A DNA stretch of 64,000 nucleotides from Lama glama (lineage: Eukaryota), in NCBI GenBank assembly GCA_028534125.1, contig JAPYYK010000086.1, positions 1,550,001 to 1,614,000 of the forward strand, given 5' to 3'. How positions within the stretch are numbered: the first letter of the stretch is position 1; every line of letters starts with the position of its first letter. The position numbers were made by a program, and so were the translations under genes. The notes below the pieces were generated by a model that did not search any database, was not told the DNA's origin, and saw nothing but the letters and a program-made list of their open reading frames with translations. Below, one piece after another: positions 39,024 through 50,802 of the stretch.

Positions 39024-39196
39024 AAAACAAAATTTCACTTGGGATGATGAAAAAGTTCTGGAAATGGAGAGCGATGATGGTTGCAAAATATCATGAATAT
39101 ACTTAATGCCACTGAATTAATTGCACACACACATCAAAAAATGGTTAAAATGGTAAATTTTATGAGATGTATATTTTGCCACAATTTTTTAAAAAG
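39024..39196 (+). mobile_element. L1MB 3' terminus
   Basis: gggatgatgaaaaagttctggaaatgga...aatggttaaaatggtaaattttatg...tattttgccacaatt. Confidence 0.85.
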
Positions 39197-39209
39197 CAAA
39201 GAACAGCAG

Positions 39210-39725
39210 CTGGTTACATCATCCCTCTGCATAAGCCCCTAACCATCTTCCCATCACACTCTGAACAAAATCCAAATTTTTTATCAAGGCCAAGAAAACC
39301 CTGCATGATCTGGCTCCCGCCCCTCTTTCCACCAGCCTTGGGCCTCTGCCAGCCTTGGTCACTTTGGCCTCCTTTCTGCTTCTTGAACATTGAGCCTATC
39401 TTGCCTCTAGGCCTTGGCTCCTGCTGGTCCTTCTGTCCAGGAGGCTTCCCCAGTTCTCCGGGTGGACTCAACCTCATCCCTTTAGCCTCAACTCAAACTC
39501 ATCTTCTCAGAGACCCTCCTTCAAATAGCCTCCCCAGTCCTGTCTCTCTTTCCTCCGTGCTGTTTATTTCCTTCCCAGCACTTGTACAAGCAGTAATTTT
39601 TTTTTTTTACTGTTTTATTGTCTGCCTTCCCCCTTCTCTGTTTCGCTTACCCTCAACCCCTAGCACAAGCAGACTGCCTGGTACAGAGCAAAACTTTGAT
39701 AAAAATTGGTTGAATATGATAAATA
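39210..39725 (+). mobile_element. L2 (L2a-like) 3' region
   Basis: cttcccatcacactc...aaaatccaaa...ccctgcatgatctggctcc ... tgcctggtacagag...ggttgaatatga. Confidence 0.8.
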
Positions 39726-39969
39726 ACTAAAAGGATCTCTCAAGTGTCAAGGAATGAGGCGTAATTACATTTTTAACTACATTAAGCTTGCCTTTAAACA
39801 TTCATTTTGAAGTTAATTTTCTAATAAAAAAATAATAGCCCTCCTTGGCCTAGTTTCACACTAATGATTTTTACAAGACTCTTTCCCACAAATAAGTATA
39901 ACATGGAAAACAAATAATCTGGGAAGACTTATTTTCCTTGTATCAACTATTTTTTTAAAACCACTTATA

Positions 39970-40107
39970 TCACAGCGAAAAAGAATATGACAATGAATAT
40001 ATGTATATTCATGTATAACTGAAAAATTGTGCTCTACCTTGGAATTTGACACAACATTGTAAAACGACTAGAACTCAATTTAAAAAATGTTAAAATAAAT
40101 AAATAAA
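39970..40107 (+). mobile_element. Young camelid-type L1 3' end
   Basis: Nearly identical to about 31800-31920; TSD taaaacc(a/g)cttata (39956-39969 and 40108-40121). Confidence 0.9.
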
Positions 40108-40333
40108 TAAAACCGCTTATACGAGACACAAAAAGATTAAGATATTTCTTAAGCTCCTTTACACACAAATTATTTTAAAAAAAAGCCCAACAAAAAACAC
40201 CAAAGATCATAGAAAAGGAATCACATGCCCTTCTAACTATTTTCCAGAGCAAAACTAATTCTTTTGCTTAAATTCAAAAGAATGAATGCTAAATGCTAAA
40301 ATTATAATGAGGAGTGGACAAAAAATTTCTGAG

Positions 40334-40361
40334 ACTATAACTCAATAAAAAATGTTTAAAC
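40334..40361 (+). mobile_element. Ultra-short L1 3'-terminal insertion (about 28 bp)
   Basis: (g)actataactcaataaaaaatgtttaaa matches the extreme end of the other young L1 copies; flanked by duplicated aaatttctgag (40323-40333 and 40362-40372). Confidence 0.75.
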
Positions 40362-40818
40362 AAATTTCTGAGGGAGATGGAAGAAAATTGAATTCACATA
40401 TTAAAATTCTGTGATCTCTATGGCACCTTAACTCTTGAATACTGACTACATGAAAAGTTTACTATTTATAACAAAAGTGACAAATTCAGAATTATTTACC
40501 CAAAATAGCAGTGCCCCTATTGGGCAAAACTGCAAAATCTAAGGAATTACTCTGCAACTCTGATTCTTTGTCCTCAGGATATTCAGCACCCTGCCCTGAA
40601 CTCTCTTCCAAGGCAGTGTTCCATCATCCTGTCCCCATTAAAACCCACCAATTCTATGTCCAATCCTGCAAGCCACCGTTATAGGCAGAAAACCTGATAA
40701 ACTCTACCATTAACGATGTGTTAATGGAAACCAAAGCATTTATGGGCCAGCACAGATTGTCCACTGACAAATGTGTTAGCAGCAGCCTCTTAAAGACAAA
40801 GCCTTAATAAGAAGGTGT

Positions 40819-41001
40819 GTGTGGAGAGGAAGGAAGGAAGGGTATAGCTCAGTGGTAGAGCGCATGCCTAGCGCTCACGAGGTCCTGGGTTCAATCCCCA
40901 GCACTTCCATTAAAAAATAAATAAACTAAATTAGCTACCCCTCCAACAAAATTCAAAAAATAAATTAAATTCTAAAATAAATAAAATTTTTAAAATAATA
41001 A
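40819..41001 (+). mobile_element. Camelid tRNA-Ala-derived SINE (Vic-1-like)
   Basis: tRNA head and long A-rich tail; perfect 13-bp TSD aataagaaggtgt (40806-40818 and 41002-41014). Confidence 0.92.
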
Positions 41002-41109
41002 AATAAGAAGGTGTAGCTGCGTGGCTTCAGGAGTGAGATCCACGAAGCACAGGAGGAGACGAAGGTTTTAGAAGAAAAAGCAGAGCCTGAGGTGGCCATG
41101 AAACACTGG

Positions 41110-42230
41110 CAGAAGAGGTGACCAGTGAGGTGAGTCTGAAATTCAGGAGAGAGATTTGGGCTAAAAAAATCAGCACATGAATGGTCATAAGAACCATGGC
41201 CACATGAGTACTCAGATTATCCAAGAAAATTTGTGCAGTGAGAAGTGACTCCTCTTGGTCTGCCTCTCTCCCCGAGCGCGCTGCCTCACTCTTTCTCAGT
41301 TCAGCAGCTAGAGTGGTCCTTTTGATGACTTGATCCTTTTTTTCAAAACTCCCCAAAGACCACCGCCATCTGCCTGAGAAAAGACTAAGTCCTGACAACG
41401 GCTTACAAGGACTAGGGGATCCAGAGCCCATTACTTCTCTGACCTCATCTCCTATGGTTCCGGGCATCCTGCCACCGGGGGCATCCGTTCTGTTTTCAGA
41501 CATTCCCAGCGTGCTCCTTGCCTTGAGGTCTTTGCACTTCCGCTCGCTCTGCCCGGGAAGCTTTTCTCCTCGATACCCATATGTCAGTTCCTTTACCTTT
41601 TTTTAAGGCTCTGCTCAAACACCATCATCTCAGAAAGGTCTATTCTGATCAACTCTTTCTTTTAATTCCAACCTCCCCCTACCCCATATTCCCTGTCCCC
41701 TGGTTCTGTTTATTTTCTTTTCTAAAGCACTTATTAACATCTAGATTTCGTAATAGTGTATTTTATTTTGGGTACACTTACAAATGTCTCCAAGGGCAAC
41801 GATTTTTGTTTGTTTTGTATTCCTAGTACCCAGAACAGTGGCTGGCATATGGTAGGCTCGATATACATTAGTTGAATGTCAAATGAAATCTAAAACAGAA
41901 TCCTGAGGAACTCTAATATTAAGTAATAGGCAGAAGTCATCCCCTCTATAGAAACTGATAAGAAGCTTCCTAAAAGACAAAAGAAAGTTAGGAGATTATG
42001 GTTTAAACGAATAAAAGGGAGAAAATGTTTCAAGAAAAAGAAGTGATCAGGAGTGTGAGAGACCCCTGTGCTGACCAAGAGTCAAAAGAGATGAAGACTA
42101 AAAGACATCTAGTGAGGTCTGGTAACAAAGAATGTGCTGACCTTGGAGAGAGACGTTTCAGTGACGTGTGGCTAAGACACATCAGAAACATTTCAACAGA
42201 GCTCACTAAAAGTTAGGAGAAAAGAAAAGA
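41110..42230 (-). mobile_element. Older L2 (L2c-like), split by a nested L2
   Basis: gtctgaaattcaggagagagatttgggct (about 41130) and the continuation cagaatcctgaggaac...tttcaagaaaaagaagtgatca...tgaccttggagagagacgtttcagtg. Confidence 0.6.
41270..41888 (+). mobile_element. L2a-like 3' region
   Basis: cagcagctagagtggtcctttt ... gcttacaaggac ... cagaacagtggctggcatatggtaggctcgatatacattagttgaatg. Confidence 0.8.
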
Positions 42231-42288
42231 AGAGAAAATTTTAAACCATGAAATCATCAAACTTATAAAATACAGATATCAGGTTTTA

Positions 42289-42830
42289 CAGTTTGCTTCA
42301 GTTGTTGCTGTGTAACAAACCATCCCAAAACGTAATGATTTAAGACAGCGACCATTAGATTATTACTCACGATATGGATTGATTAGGTTCAGCCGGGCAG
42401 TTCTTCTGCTTCACATGATGTCAGCTGGGGCTGCAGACATCTAGGGCAGGGGTCAGCAAACTTCCCTGCAAAGGTCCAGATAGTAGATATTTTAGGCTCT
42501 GCAGGTCAGAAGGTCTCTGACATGGCTATTCAACTCTGCCATTGTAGTGAGAAAGCAACCACAGATATTATGCAAACAAATGGGCATGGCTGTGTTCCAA
42601 AAAACTTTATTTACAGAGTCAGGTGGCAGGCCGCATTTGGCTGAAAGCCATAGTTTGCTCACCCTTGCTTTAGGGGCTGAGCTAGGGTGGCACATCCAAG
42701 ATGGCTCCTTCCTGGAGTGCCCTGTTACTTCTCAGTGTGGCTTCTTCATGTGGCTTGGGTGGTTTACAGCATGGTGTCTGGTTCCAAGAGTGAGAAGTGG
42801 AAGTTGACAAGGCTTCTAAGATTTAGGCCT
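42289..42830 (-). mobile_element. ERVL-MaLR LTR (MLT1H-like), interrupted by MER58A
   Basis: ttgctgtgtaacaaaccatcccaaaacgtaatgatttaagacagc ... catccaagatggctcc ... gttccaagag. Confidence 0.75.
42447..42667 (-). mobile_element. MER58A hAT-Charlie MITE, full length
   Basis: TIRs caggggtcagcaaact and agtttgctcacccttg; 8-bp TSD atctaggg / ctttaggg. Confidence 0.9.
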
Positions 42831-43699
42831 AGACCTTTCACACCAGAAGGCGTGGTTCACCGGAGGCTACCGAATGGAACAGATTACCACCCAGTTCTCA
42901 GAGTTTTGCTTATTAAAGTTGTTCTCCATTCCACATTCTGTCCAGAGATCCTCACCTTAGGAAGAGATTCAGTGACTTGTGAAGCCATCCTTTTCCCCCA
43001 ACATTGATCCTTTCAAGGCTTCTTTTTTCTTGTATCATCAATTGGAAGAGGGTATGATTTATTATTTTCAGACAGCCTGAGAAATTAGCTAATTCCCATG
43101 AGCCTGGGGAAGCTCTAGGCCTTCTGATACCCAGCCTTGATAATGCAATTTTCAGTGCACTGGATGTAAGCTATAAGGCACCATACCCATTAAACTTAGA
43201 TGATAAATGTGATATAAGGGCTTAGTAGTAACATGAAAGCATCCATACCTAACTGCTTGAAGATCTATCAGAGTGATGTTATTTTGTAAAAAGTAAGTGA
43301 ATCATAATCTATAGGTTCTCTATATTATATTCATTTATATGAACATGTTCATATGTAATGTAACTTACATGTTCACAAATAAACATATAATCTACGTGTT
43401 CTATATGTAGTTATAATTTATGTTATAATCTATATGAATACTTTACTCTCTTGTCAATTTTAAATTTATTGAATACGTATTAACCATAAAGTCTGTACTA
43501 GGTCATGGTGGATACAGCCATCACCTTGTTCTTAATGCAGGATGATAACCAATTAGGTGACCCTGAGCATACAGTAAAACAAAGATTGCATGAGATCAAG
43601 TAATTTTCAGGGGACTGAAAAGAAAGGAGGGGGGAGGCATTTAATTCTCATAAAAATATTGAACCACAAGGAAGTTGAGTGTATACACACAATTCTACT

Positions 43700-45925
43700 T
43701 TGATGTTCTAGTGAACCAAAATGGTTTGATCTATCCAGACTACTTTATCAAATACTATCATTATATTGATAAGAAAGTAATACCAGAATACTTATGAGAA
43801 GAATTGATTCTACCCTTTAAAATGTATGACCAAAAAAGACTAATCATGCTGTCCAGAATATGTGGTTGTATGCCAGGAGCTATGAACATACCACCGATGA
43901 ACATACGACATCTTCCCCATGTCAATTTTACTTGAATATTTGGGAGAAAAAAAAATTTAACTAATAAGAACTTTATAATTCTTATCATAATACAGTAAAA
44001 CTACAAAATATCTTTAAAGCACTTACAGGTGGACATTTTAAAATCCCCATTAAACAACACTTAAATGAAAGGGGAAATAAAAACCACAATATCAGTATTT
44101 CTTAAAAACAATAATGAAAGCACTATATATGAGAAATTATGGGCGATACTAGAGTGGTGATCAGAGAGAAATTCATAGCATTTAATACTTATATTCATAA
44201 AAATAAAAGAAATAAAACAAGTGAATGATACTCCAACTCAACAATTAAGTTAACCAAAAAGACTTAAGGAAAGAAGTAATACATATTAAAGCAGAAATTA
44301 AGGGAGTAAAAACCCCAGAAAAATAAGATAACTAATTAATAAATAAAAATGGTGGTTCCTTGGGTAACACTAGGTAACCTAATGAAAAATGTACACAATT
44401 TTTTTAAAAAAGGAAAAGTGAGAAATGTTTTAACATGGAGGAAATTTTTAAAATCATGAGCAACTTCATTCTACAATCCCGCACAAACAAATCTGAAAAT
44501 TTAGATAACTTCCTAGGAATACAATTTTCCAAAATGTATCCGGGTAGAGAGAAAATGCTTAAGCAGACAAGTTTCCATAAAAGTATTTAAAAGAACATTT
44601 CAAAGAATACCCCATAAAAGATTATCACACTCAGAAAGTTTCACATGGAAATTCTACCAAGTCTTCAAAATTTGAATAATCGCAATGCTACGTGAATTAT
44701 TCCACAGCACAGAAAATAGGAATGTCTAACTTTTGTGTAAAGCAAGATTAACATTCATTCTTAAACTTGATAAAGTATAGCACACACACACAAAAAGACC
44801 TAATGATCAGTCTCACTTATGAAAATTGATGAAAAAAAAACCCTAAATAAAACATTAGCAAACATGATCCAATATTATGATCAAGTGGAATTTATATCAG
44901 GAAGGCAAGAATGGTTTGATATTAGGAAATCCTTTAATATAATTCACCATATTAATGTAAGAAAAACATTTATGTGATTGTTTCAATAAAGGTTGAAAAG
45001 ACTTTTGATAAAATCCAACACTCATTTCAATACTAAATCAAATAGGAAGATGGTTATTTCCTCAACATGATAAAAAATACTTACGTCCAAAACCTAGTTT
45101 TCCATTTAACTGGAAAACACTAGAGACATTCCCACTGAAGTCAGGAATGTAGCAAGGATGAAAACTATCTCCACTGCTCCATACTTAACACTATATTGGA
45201 GGTATCAGCCAATGCAATTAGACAGGAGAAAATAATCTGAGTCATTAGAACTGAAAAATGAGGACTGATACTGTCTATTTTTGCAGACAATATGATAGTA
45301 CACCTGCAGAAGCCAAGTGGTTCAATGATAAAACTAACTCAAACAATAAAATAATTCAATAATAGAGCAGGATATAAAGTTAACCTACAGAAATCAATAG
45401 GTTCATATACACAAACAGTAAGCAGTTAGAAGGGATAATAAAAACAAAAACCCTGTTTACAATAGCAACAATAACAACAAAGATAAAAATATTTAGGTAT
45501 TAACAAGAAATGTGTAAAAGTTATATGAGGAAATCTCATATGAGAATTCCTGAAATATATGGAAGTATACTTCATGGAAAGACATACCTTGTTTTTGGAA
45601 AGTATGGCCCAGCATAGAGATGTTTTCTATCCATAAATTATTAATGTAATACAATTCCAATAAAAAGTACCAGTACGTTTTTGTTTCTGGAGCTAGACAA
45701 GCGGATTACAAACTTCACATATATTTTTAAAAGTAAAATACACAAGACGAAGCAGAAAAATGGAAAAAGAAAGGCAAGACAAACCCTGATAGACATTAAA
45801 ACATACAGTAAGACCTCTATAATTAAGACTGTGGTATTGGAGCATAAGATAGACAGACTAGTAGAAGAAAAAAAAAGGAAGTCCAGAAATAGACTCAAGT
45901 ATATATGGAAATTTAGTGTTGGGCT
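43700..45925 (+). mobile_element. Old L1 ORF2 remnant (end of endonuclease through RT)
   Basis: LSIFADNMIVHLQKP encoded at 45271-45315; tgatcaagtggaatttatatcaggaaggcaagaatggttt, acttttgataaaatccaacac; many stops and frameshifts. Confidence 0.85.
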
Positions 45926-45929
45926 ATAT

Positions 45930-46190
45930 ATTTGGAATAAAAACCCAGAAGTGAGATTGATGGGGCAAAGGGTAAATATAGCTATTTTTGGATATGTAGA
46001 CATTTTTAGATATTTATTGCCTATTTCCTTAAGGGCTCACCAACCGTGGGTCTTGTTAAGCTTTTGAATTTTGGCCATTTAGATAAGTGAAGTGGTATCT
46101 TACTGCAGCTTTAATTTGCATGCTCTTATTGTGAGTGAAGATTAATATCTTTTCATTTGTTTAAGAGCATTTTGTATATTTTTATACCTT
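45930..46190 (-). mobile_element. Old L1 fragment, opposite orientation
   Basis: gtgaagtggtatcttactgcagctttaatttgcat...ttttcatttgttt. Confidence 0.7.
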
Positions 46191-46192
46191 CC

Positions 46193-46600
46193 TTTTTTGT
46201 GAAGGTATAATTTATATACAACAAAATGTACAGATCTAAAGTGTTCAGTTCAATGAATTCTGACAATGGAATACACCTGTGTAACCACCACTCAGAACAA
46301 GATCTAGAACATTCCCTTCACCCCAGGAAGTCCCTTTGTGTTCCTTTCCAGCCCGTCCTCTCACCTGCTCCAGAAGTAACCACCTTCTGATTTCTATCAC
46401 TTATAGATTAGTTTTGCCTGTTCTTGGACTTTGTATAAATGGAACATACAGTATGTGTATCTGTTTTTTTGTGTGTGTCTGATTATTCTGCTCAACCTAA
46501 TTTTTTTTGATTCATCCATTAATCCATGTTGAGCACTAGTTCATTCCTCTCCATGTATTACTGAGGAGAATTCCATTCTATGGATTTAATACAATGTTTG
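46193..46600 (-). mobile_element. L1MB/ME-type 3' end
   Basis: ggtataatttatatacaacaaaatgtacagatctaaagtgttcagttcaatgaattctgacaa...gtaaccacc. Confidence 0.85.
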
Positions 46601-46639
46601 CAAAATTAAACTTTATCTTCTTATGGTCTCTCACTCTTG

Positions 46640-46766
46640 AAGAATGCGGAAAGGGAGAAGAATAGAATGAATCCTATGGTGTTTGATTGAAACTGGAGCT
46701 ATCAGTATGAACTCACAGTTTTTAAAATGTGTAGACAAATACAGAAATAACTACAGGTGTGTGTGT

Positions 46767-46815
<49 letters not shown>

Positions 46816-48090
46816 CATACACGTATTCCCTGGCTCTGACAGCACAGGATCAGTGTCATTCAAATAGTAAAAAGTACACTCACCACCTATACCTTGGTTT
46901 CTAAATGCCATCCTCCATTAAAAAGAATCAGGGCTCTTTGGAGAAATGACCAATTCCAAGGCTGAGGCAGAGGAAGTACAAGGTCAGTTTGGAACACCTT
47001 CTACCAGACAGGAAGAACACTTTGAAAACCTGATGTAGCTATCTCAAAAGGACAGAGGAGGCGGTGTAAAGGAACTTTCACTGGCCAAATTTCAGACGAC
47101 ACGAGCATCAAAAGGAATAAAAACAGGAATGGATTATAACACGTTAAATTTTCTAAAATCCACAAGTCCCTATAGTTACGAAAATTAAAAAAAATTAATG
47201 TGGGATACAGGAAAAGTTTTTTTTAAATAGAATAATACCAACTAATACATGTAAAAAGAAATGATAGAAATATAAAAATCACCACTTTATCATCATCATA
47301 GGAATGACTGATTCAGACAAAAATCACCACAGTGTGAAAGGTTGTTGGAAAACAGGATAGTCACATGATCTCATGTGAATTCCTTATTAATTATACAGGG
47401 AAAACGTACTGTTATAATGGTGGACGCAGCAGGCACCATACCAACTGAGTGATCGAAGTAAACACTGCCAATACTGATATGATGTGTCCCTGAGGGGACG
47501 CACTGGGAAATACACAGTATTCCATCCAAAAATGCTGAATCTCATCATAAGGAAAGAATTACAGAGTTCCAAATTAAGGGACATTTGGCAACTGGAGCTT
47601 GGGTTCCAAAAATATCAATGGCATGAAAGACAAAAAGAGGAGACTCAAGAAATAAGACAACCAAATGCAATTGGATCCCAGAGCAGCAGGGGAAAAAATA
47701 CACTTTAAAGAACATTATCAAGATACTTGGGGAAATGTGAATATAGTCATTATGTTAGGTAATATTATTGCATCAATGTCAAATTTCTTGAGTATAGTAA
47801 TTAAATTGTGGTTACGTAGAAGCATGTTTTTGTACTTTGGAGCTACAAGCTTAAGTTCTTAAGGGTGAAGTATCATCATACCTGCAACTAGCTCTTAACT
47901 GGCTTAGGGTGGTGGGGAGGAAATATTTACAGGGTTTTTTGTGTGTGAGTACCTTTCCATATGTACGTGTGAAGAGAGTGAATTATACTGGATGTGGCAA
48001 AAATCTAACAATTATTGAATCTGAAGGAAAATGGGTGTTGATTGTACTTACCTTGTTTCAACTTTTCTTAGGTTCAAAATTAAAATTTGG
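46640..48090 (+). mobile_element. L1MC4/MC5-like 3' UTR
   Basis: cttggtttctaaatgccat...aatcagggctctttggagaaatg...ttccaaggctgaggcag; tgcatcaatgtcaaatttctt; gtggcaaaaatctaacaatt. Confidence 0.8.
46757..46812. repeat. (GT)n microsatellite, about 28 units with one interruption
   Basis: Visible directly in the sequence. Confidence 0.97.
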
Positions 48091-48399
48091 GAAAAAACCG
48101 TTATTTTTACGTTAAGTGTATACAATACAATTCACAGGTTTTTTTTTCATTTGAAACAGAAGACTTCCAAAAGATGTTTAGATTGATTATGTTTGCTTTG
48201 AGCTATGACTCAAGACCCCCCCCCCACCTCCTCCACCAGGAAATAAAAACTATCTTCAAGGTTACTTCAAGGTGAAAGATTCCTCAATGGGAAGATTTAA
48301 GGAGGTTTCCCAGGGGGATAGGATGTAGCCCTTTGGGGCTGGCTGGCTGCCTCAGTTCATTAGAGCAGGTCAAGGTCACGGCTGGGAACGGTCATACAT

Positions 48400-48720
48400 C
48401 CCTTCCCGCTCTTCTGTCAGTAGCCACCATCCCTTTGGGGAACTGCTGATTCCCGCTCCACATGCTTCTATTTGGGTTGCCACTCATGCGACCCTGTCCC
48501 CTGGCCAAAGGATGAACGAGAAATCCAGGACTGGCTATTATATACCCCAGCCTCGTGGCCGCAGAGATTAGCCCAGGGAAGGGTATGGGACCTAGGCTGG
48601 GCCAATCAGGCTGCTATCCTGATAGTTTATTAATGGAGGCGTACCTTCCTCTGGGTTCCTATGGACAGTCTAATGTAACTCTGGAGTTTTCTGTAGCCAG
48701 CAACCCAAATAGTCCAGACT
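48400..48720 (+). mobile_element. ERVL-class LTR fragment (LTR16-like)
   Basis: tggccgcagagattagcccagggaagggtatgggacctaggctgggccaatcagg resembles the LTR16/MLT1K CCAAT segment. Confidence 0.45.
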
Positions 48721-48872
48721 ACTGGGCTTAGGAGCTGTGCTGTCCTACAGGGTGAGCTGCAGGCAAAATGGAAAGGGTCAGCTTTGCTTGGGGTCTTCCA
48801 AGTTTCTGCAGCAACATGACTACAGTTCCCTTATGGTGACCTTGTGGCTACTGGGTCACCTGGTCCTGAATT

Positions 48873-49697
48873 ATAGTCTCACCTTATCCTCAACTTCACT
48901 TTCTGCTGTTTCAGTTACCTGGGGTCAACTCCAGTCTGAAAACAAGTGGAAAATTTCAGAACTAAACAATTCATAGGTTTTACGTCACACACAGGTCTGA
49001 GTAACACGATGAAATATCGTGCCACCTCGTTCCTTCCCACCCAGGACGTGAACCATCCCTTTATCCAGCACATTCCGCCCTCTCGGTTATCAGATCCACA
49101 GTCGAGGTGTCACAGGGCATGTTCAAGTGACCCTTATCTTACTAATGGCCCCAAAGTGCAGGAGTAATGATGCTGGCAATTCGGATAATGCCAGAGAGAA
49201 GCCACAAAGTTCTTCTACGTGAAAAGGTGAAAGTTCTCCACTTAATAAGGGAAGGAAAAGAAATCATCTGCTGAAGTTAGCTAAGATCTATGGCAAGGAT
49301 GACTCTTCCAGGCGTGAAAACTGTGAAGAAGGAAGAAGAAATTTGTGCTACTTTTGCTGTCAAACCTCAAACTGCAAAAGTTATGGACACAGTGCGTGAT
49401 ACGTGCTTAGTTAAGATGGAAAAGGTCTTAAATTTGTACCGTTGGATACTATGAGAGAGAAAGAAACCACATTCAGGCATTCTTTATTACAGTATATTGT
49501 TACAATTGTTCTGTCTTATTTTTATTGTTGTCTATCTCTTACTATGCCTAATTTATAAATGAAACTTTATCATAGGTATGTATGTATAGGAAAAAAACCC
49601 ACAGTTTATTTAGGGCTTGGTACCTATATATCTGCAGTTTCAGGTACCCTCTGGGAGTCACGGGCTGTATCCCCTGGGGATAAGGGGGGAACTACTG
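48873..49697 (+). mobile_element. MER44 / Tigger7-derived TcMar DNA transposon
   Basis: Degenerate left TIR tagtctcaccttatcc and right TIR ggataaggggggaactactg followed by TA. Decayed transposase N-terminus at 49188-49437 (EKVKVL, AKIYGK, QTAKVM, LVKMEK segments). Confidence 0.88.
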
Positions 49698-49939
49698 TAC
49701 AGGCAGCATCTTAGGCCACAGACTTAGCGCTGTTTTGTGGATCACATTACATGTAAGGATGCGCGCGCTCACGCACACACACACTCTACCAAATGCCTTC
49801 TTATTTACCTCCTTCCTACCCTCTCATAGGTCATTCACTCTTTCAATAAACATGGAAGACCAACCATGAGCAAGACCTGGAGCGCAGCGCCAGTCCCAAA
49901 CTCCCCACTGATTGCCTACAGTCCCCCCACCCCCCAACA

Positions 49940-50053
49940 AAGACTTATAAACCCAGCCCTCTAGGTCCCACACCTAGAAGTTTCGAAGAGACAGTATATT
50001 TAACAAGCCACCCAGGTGATGGAAATGCCTCTTTCAGATTAGGAAATCTCTGC
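49940..50053. mobile_element. MER5-like hAT MITE fragment
   Basis: tatatttaacaagccacccaggtgat. Confidence 0.4.
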
Positions 50054-50069
50054 AGGGGTAGGCAGGGAA

Positions 50070-50430
50070 ATCGATGTGAACGTGGCTCGGCGCTTTTTGT
50101 CAGGGAGCATTCAGATTAGTGGGCACTAAGGCGGTTCAGCTAATTACCCGTCGCAGCAGAGATGAGGGAGGCGTGCAAGGCGAACCCTGCAGAGTCAGCC
50201 GAGGAGTCTAAAGCTAACCGGCACCCGGCGCCGCGGGGTCTCGCGGTGGGTGCTCCGGGGTTTCTCTTCTAGGTGTCGCGCCTGCTTTGTGTCTCAGTAC
50301 AGTGCCTTCAAATGAAGGACTCAGCCTGACCATTTCACAGCAAGTTCACATTGGAGATGGGGAAAATCAGGCCATTTAGGGAGCTGCTGCTGGTGTCTGG
50401 TGGAGGGAGATGGGCGGGGGCGGGGGCGGT
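50070..50430. promoter_or_regulatory. Small CpG-rich cluster with tandem GC boxes
   Basis: About 20 CpGs in 50070-50281 by manual count; three GGGCGG at 50412-50429. Confidence 0.45.
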
Positions 50431-50453
50431 GAGGGAGGCAGTGTGGGTTTGTG

Positions 50454-50455
<2 letters not shown>

Positions 50456-50487
<32 letters not shown>
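50456..50487. repeat. (GT)16 microsatellite
   Basis: Visible directly in the sequence. Confidence 0.97.
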
Positions 50488-50489
<2 letters not shown>

Positions 50490-50657
50490 ACGTATAGCCT
50501 CACTTAGGGCCCTTGACCTGCAAGTGTTTACACCAACCTTTCAAAACTGTGTTCTCAGTGAGGGGAGGATGCTGACGGAGCCCGTGAGCTTTTTGCTGAA
50601 TCAGAGTGTGCCATGCATGGTAACTTTCTGGATAAAAATCTCAGTATATTGTAGCCA

Positions 50658-50802
50658 TAATAACTGCAGTTTATTGGCTACTTGTTCCACGCCAGGCAAC
50701 AAAATAACTGTTTTTGGTAATTCCCATTTAATCCTCTCAAGAACTCCCTGAAATTAGTACTATTATCCTTATCTGACAGATGGGGAAATGAAGCTCAGAG
50801 GG
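50658..50802 (-). mobile_element. MIR SINE
   Basis: catttaatcctctcaagaac...tattatccttatctgacagatggggaaatgaagctcagag. Confidence 0.8.

Noticed and set aside
39167-39730. 187-aa ORF
   Set aside because: Lies almost entirely in a pyrimidine-rich L2 remnant.
41027-41503. 158-aa minus-strand ORF
   Set aside because: Crosses two L2 fragments and has no protein features.
45681-46067. 128-aa ORF with L1 ORF2-like residues (and 61528-61923)
   Set aside because: Decayed L1 ORF2 pieces, not host genes or active elements.
45900-46190. L1 strand switch as a twin-priming inversion
   Set aside because: The pieces are convergent (+ then -), whereas twin priming gives an inverted 5' part followed by a sense 3' part with poly-A. 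No enclosing TSD was seen.
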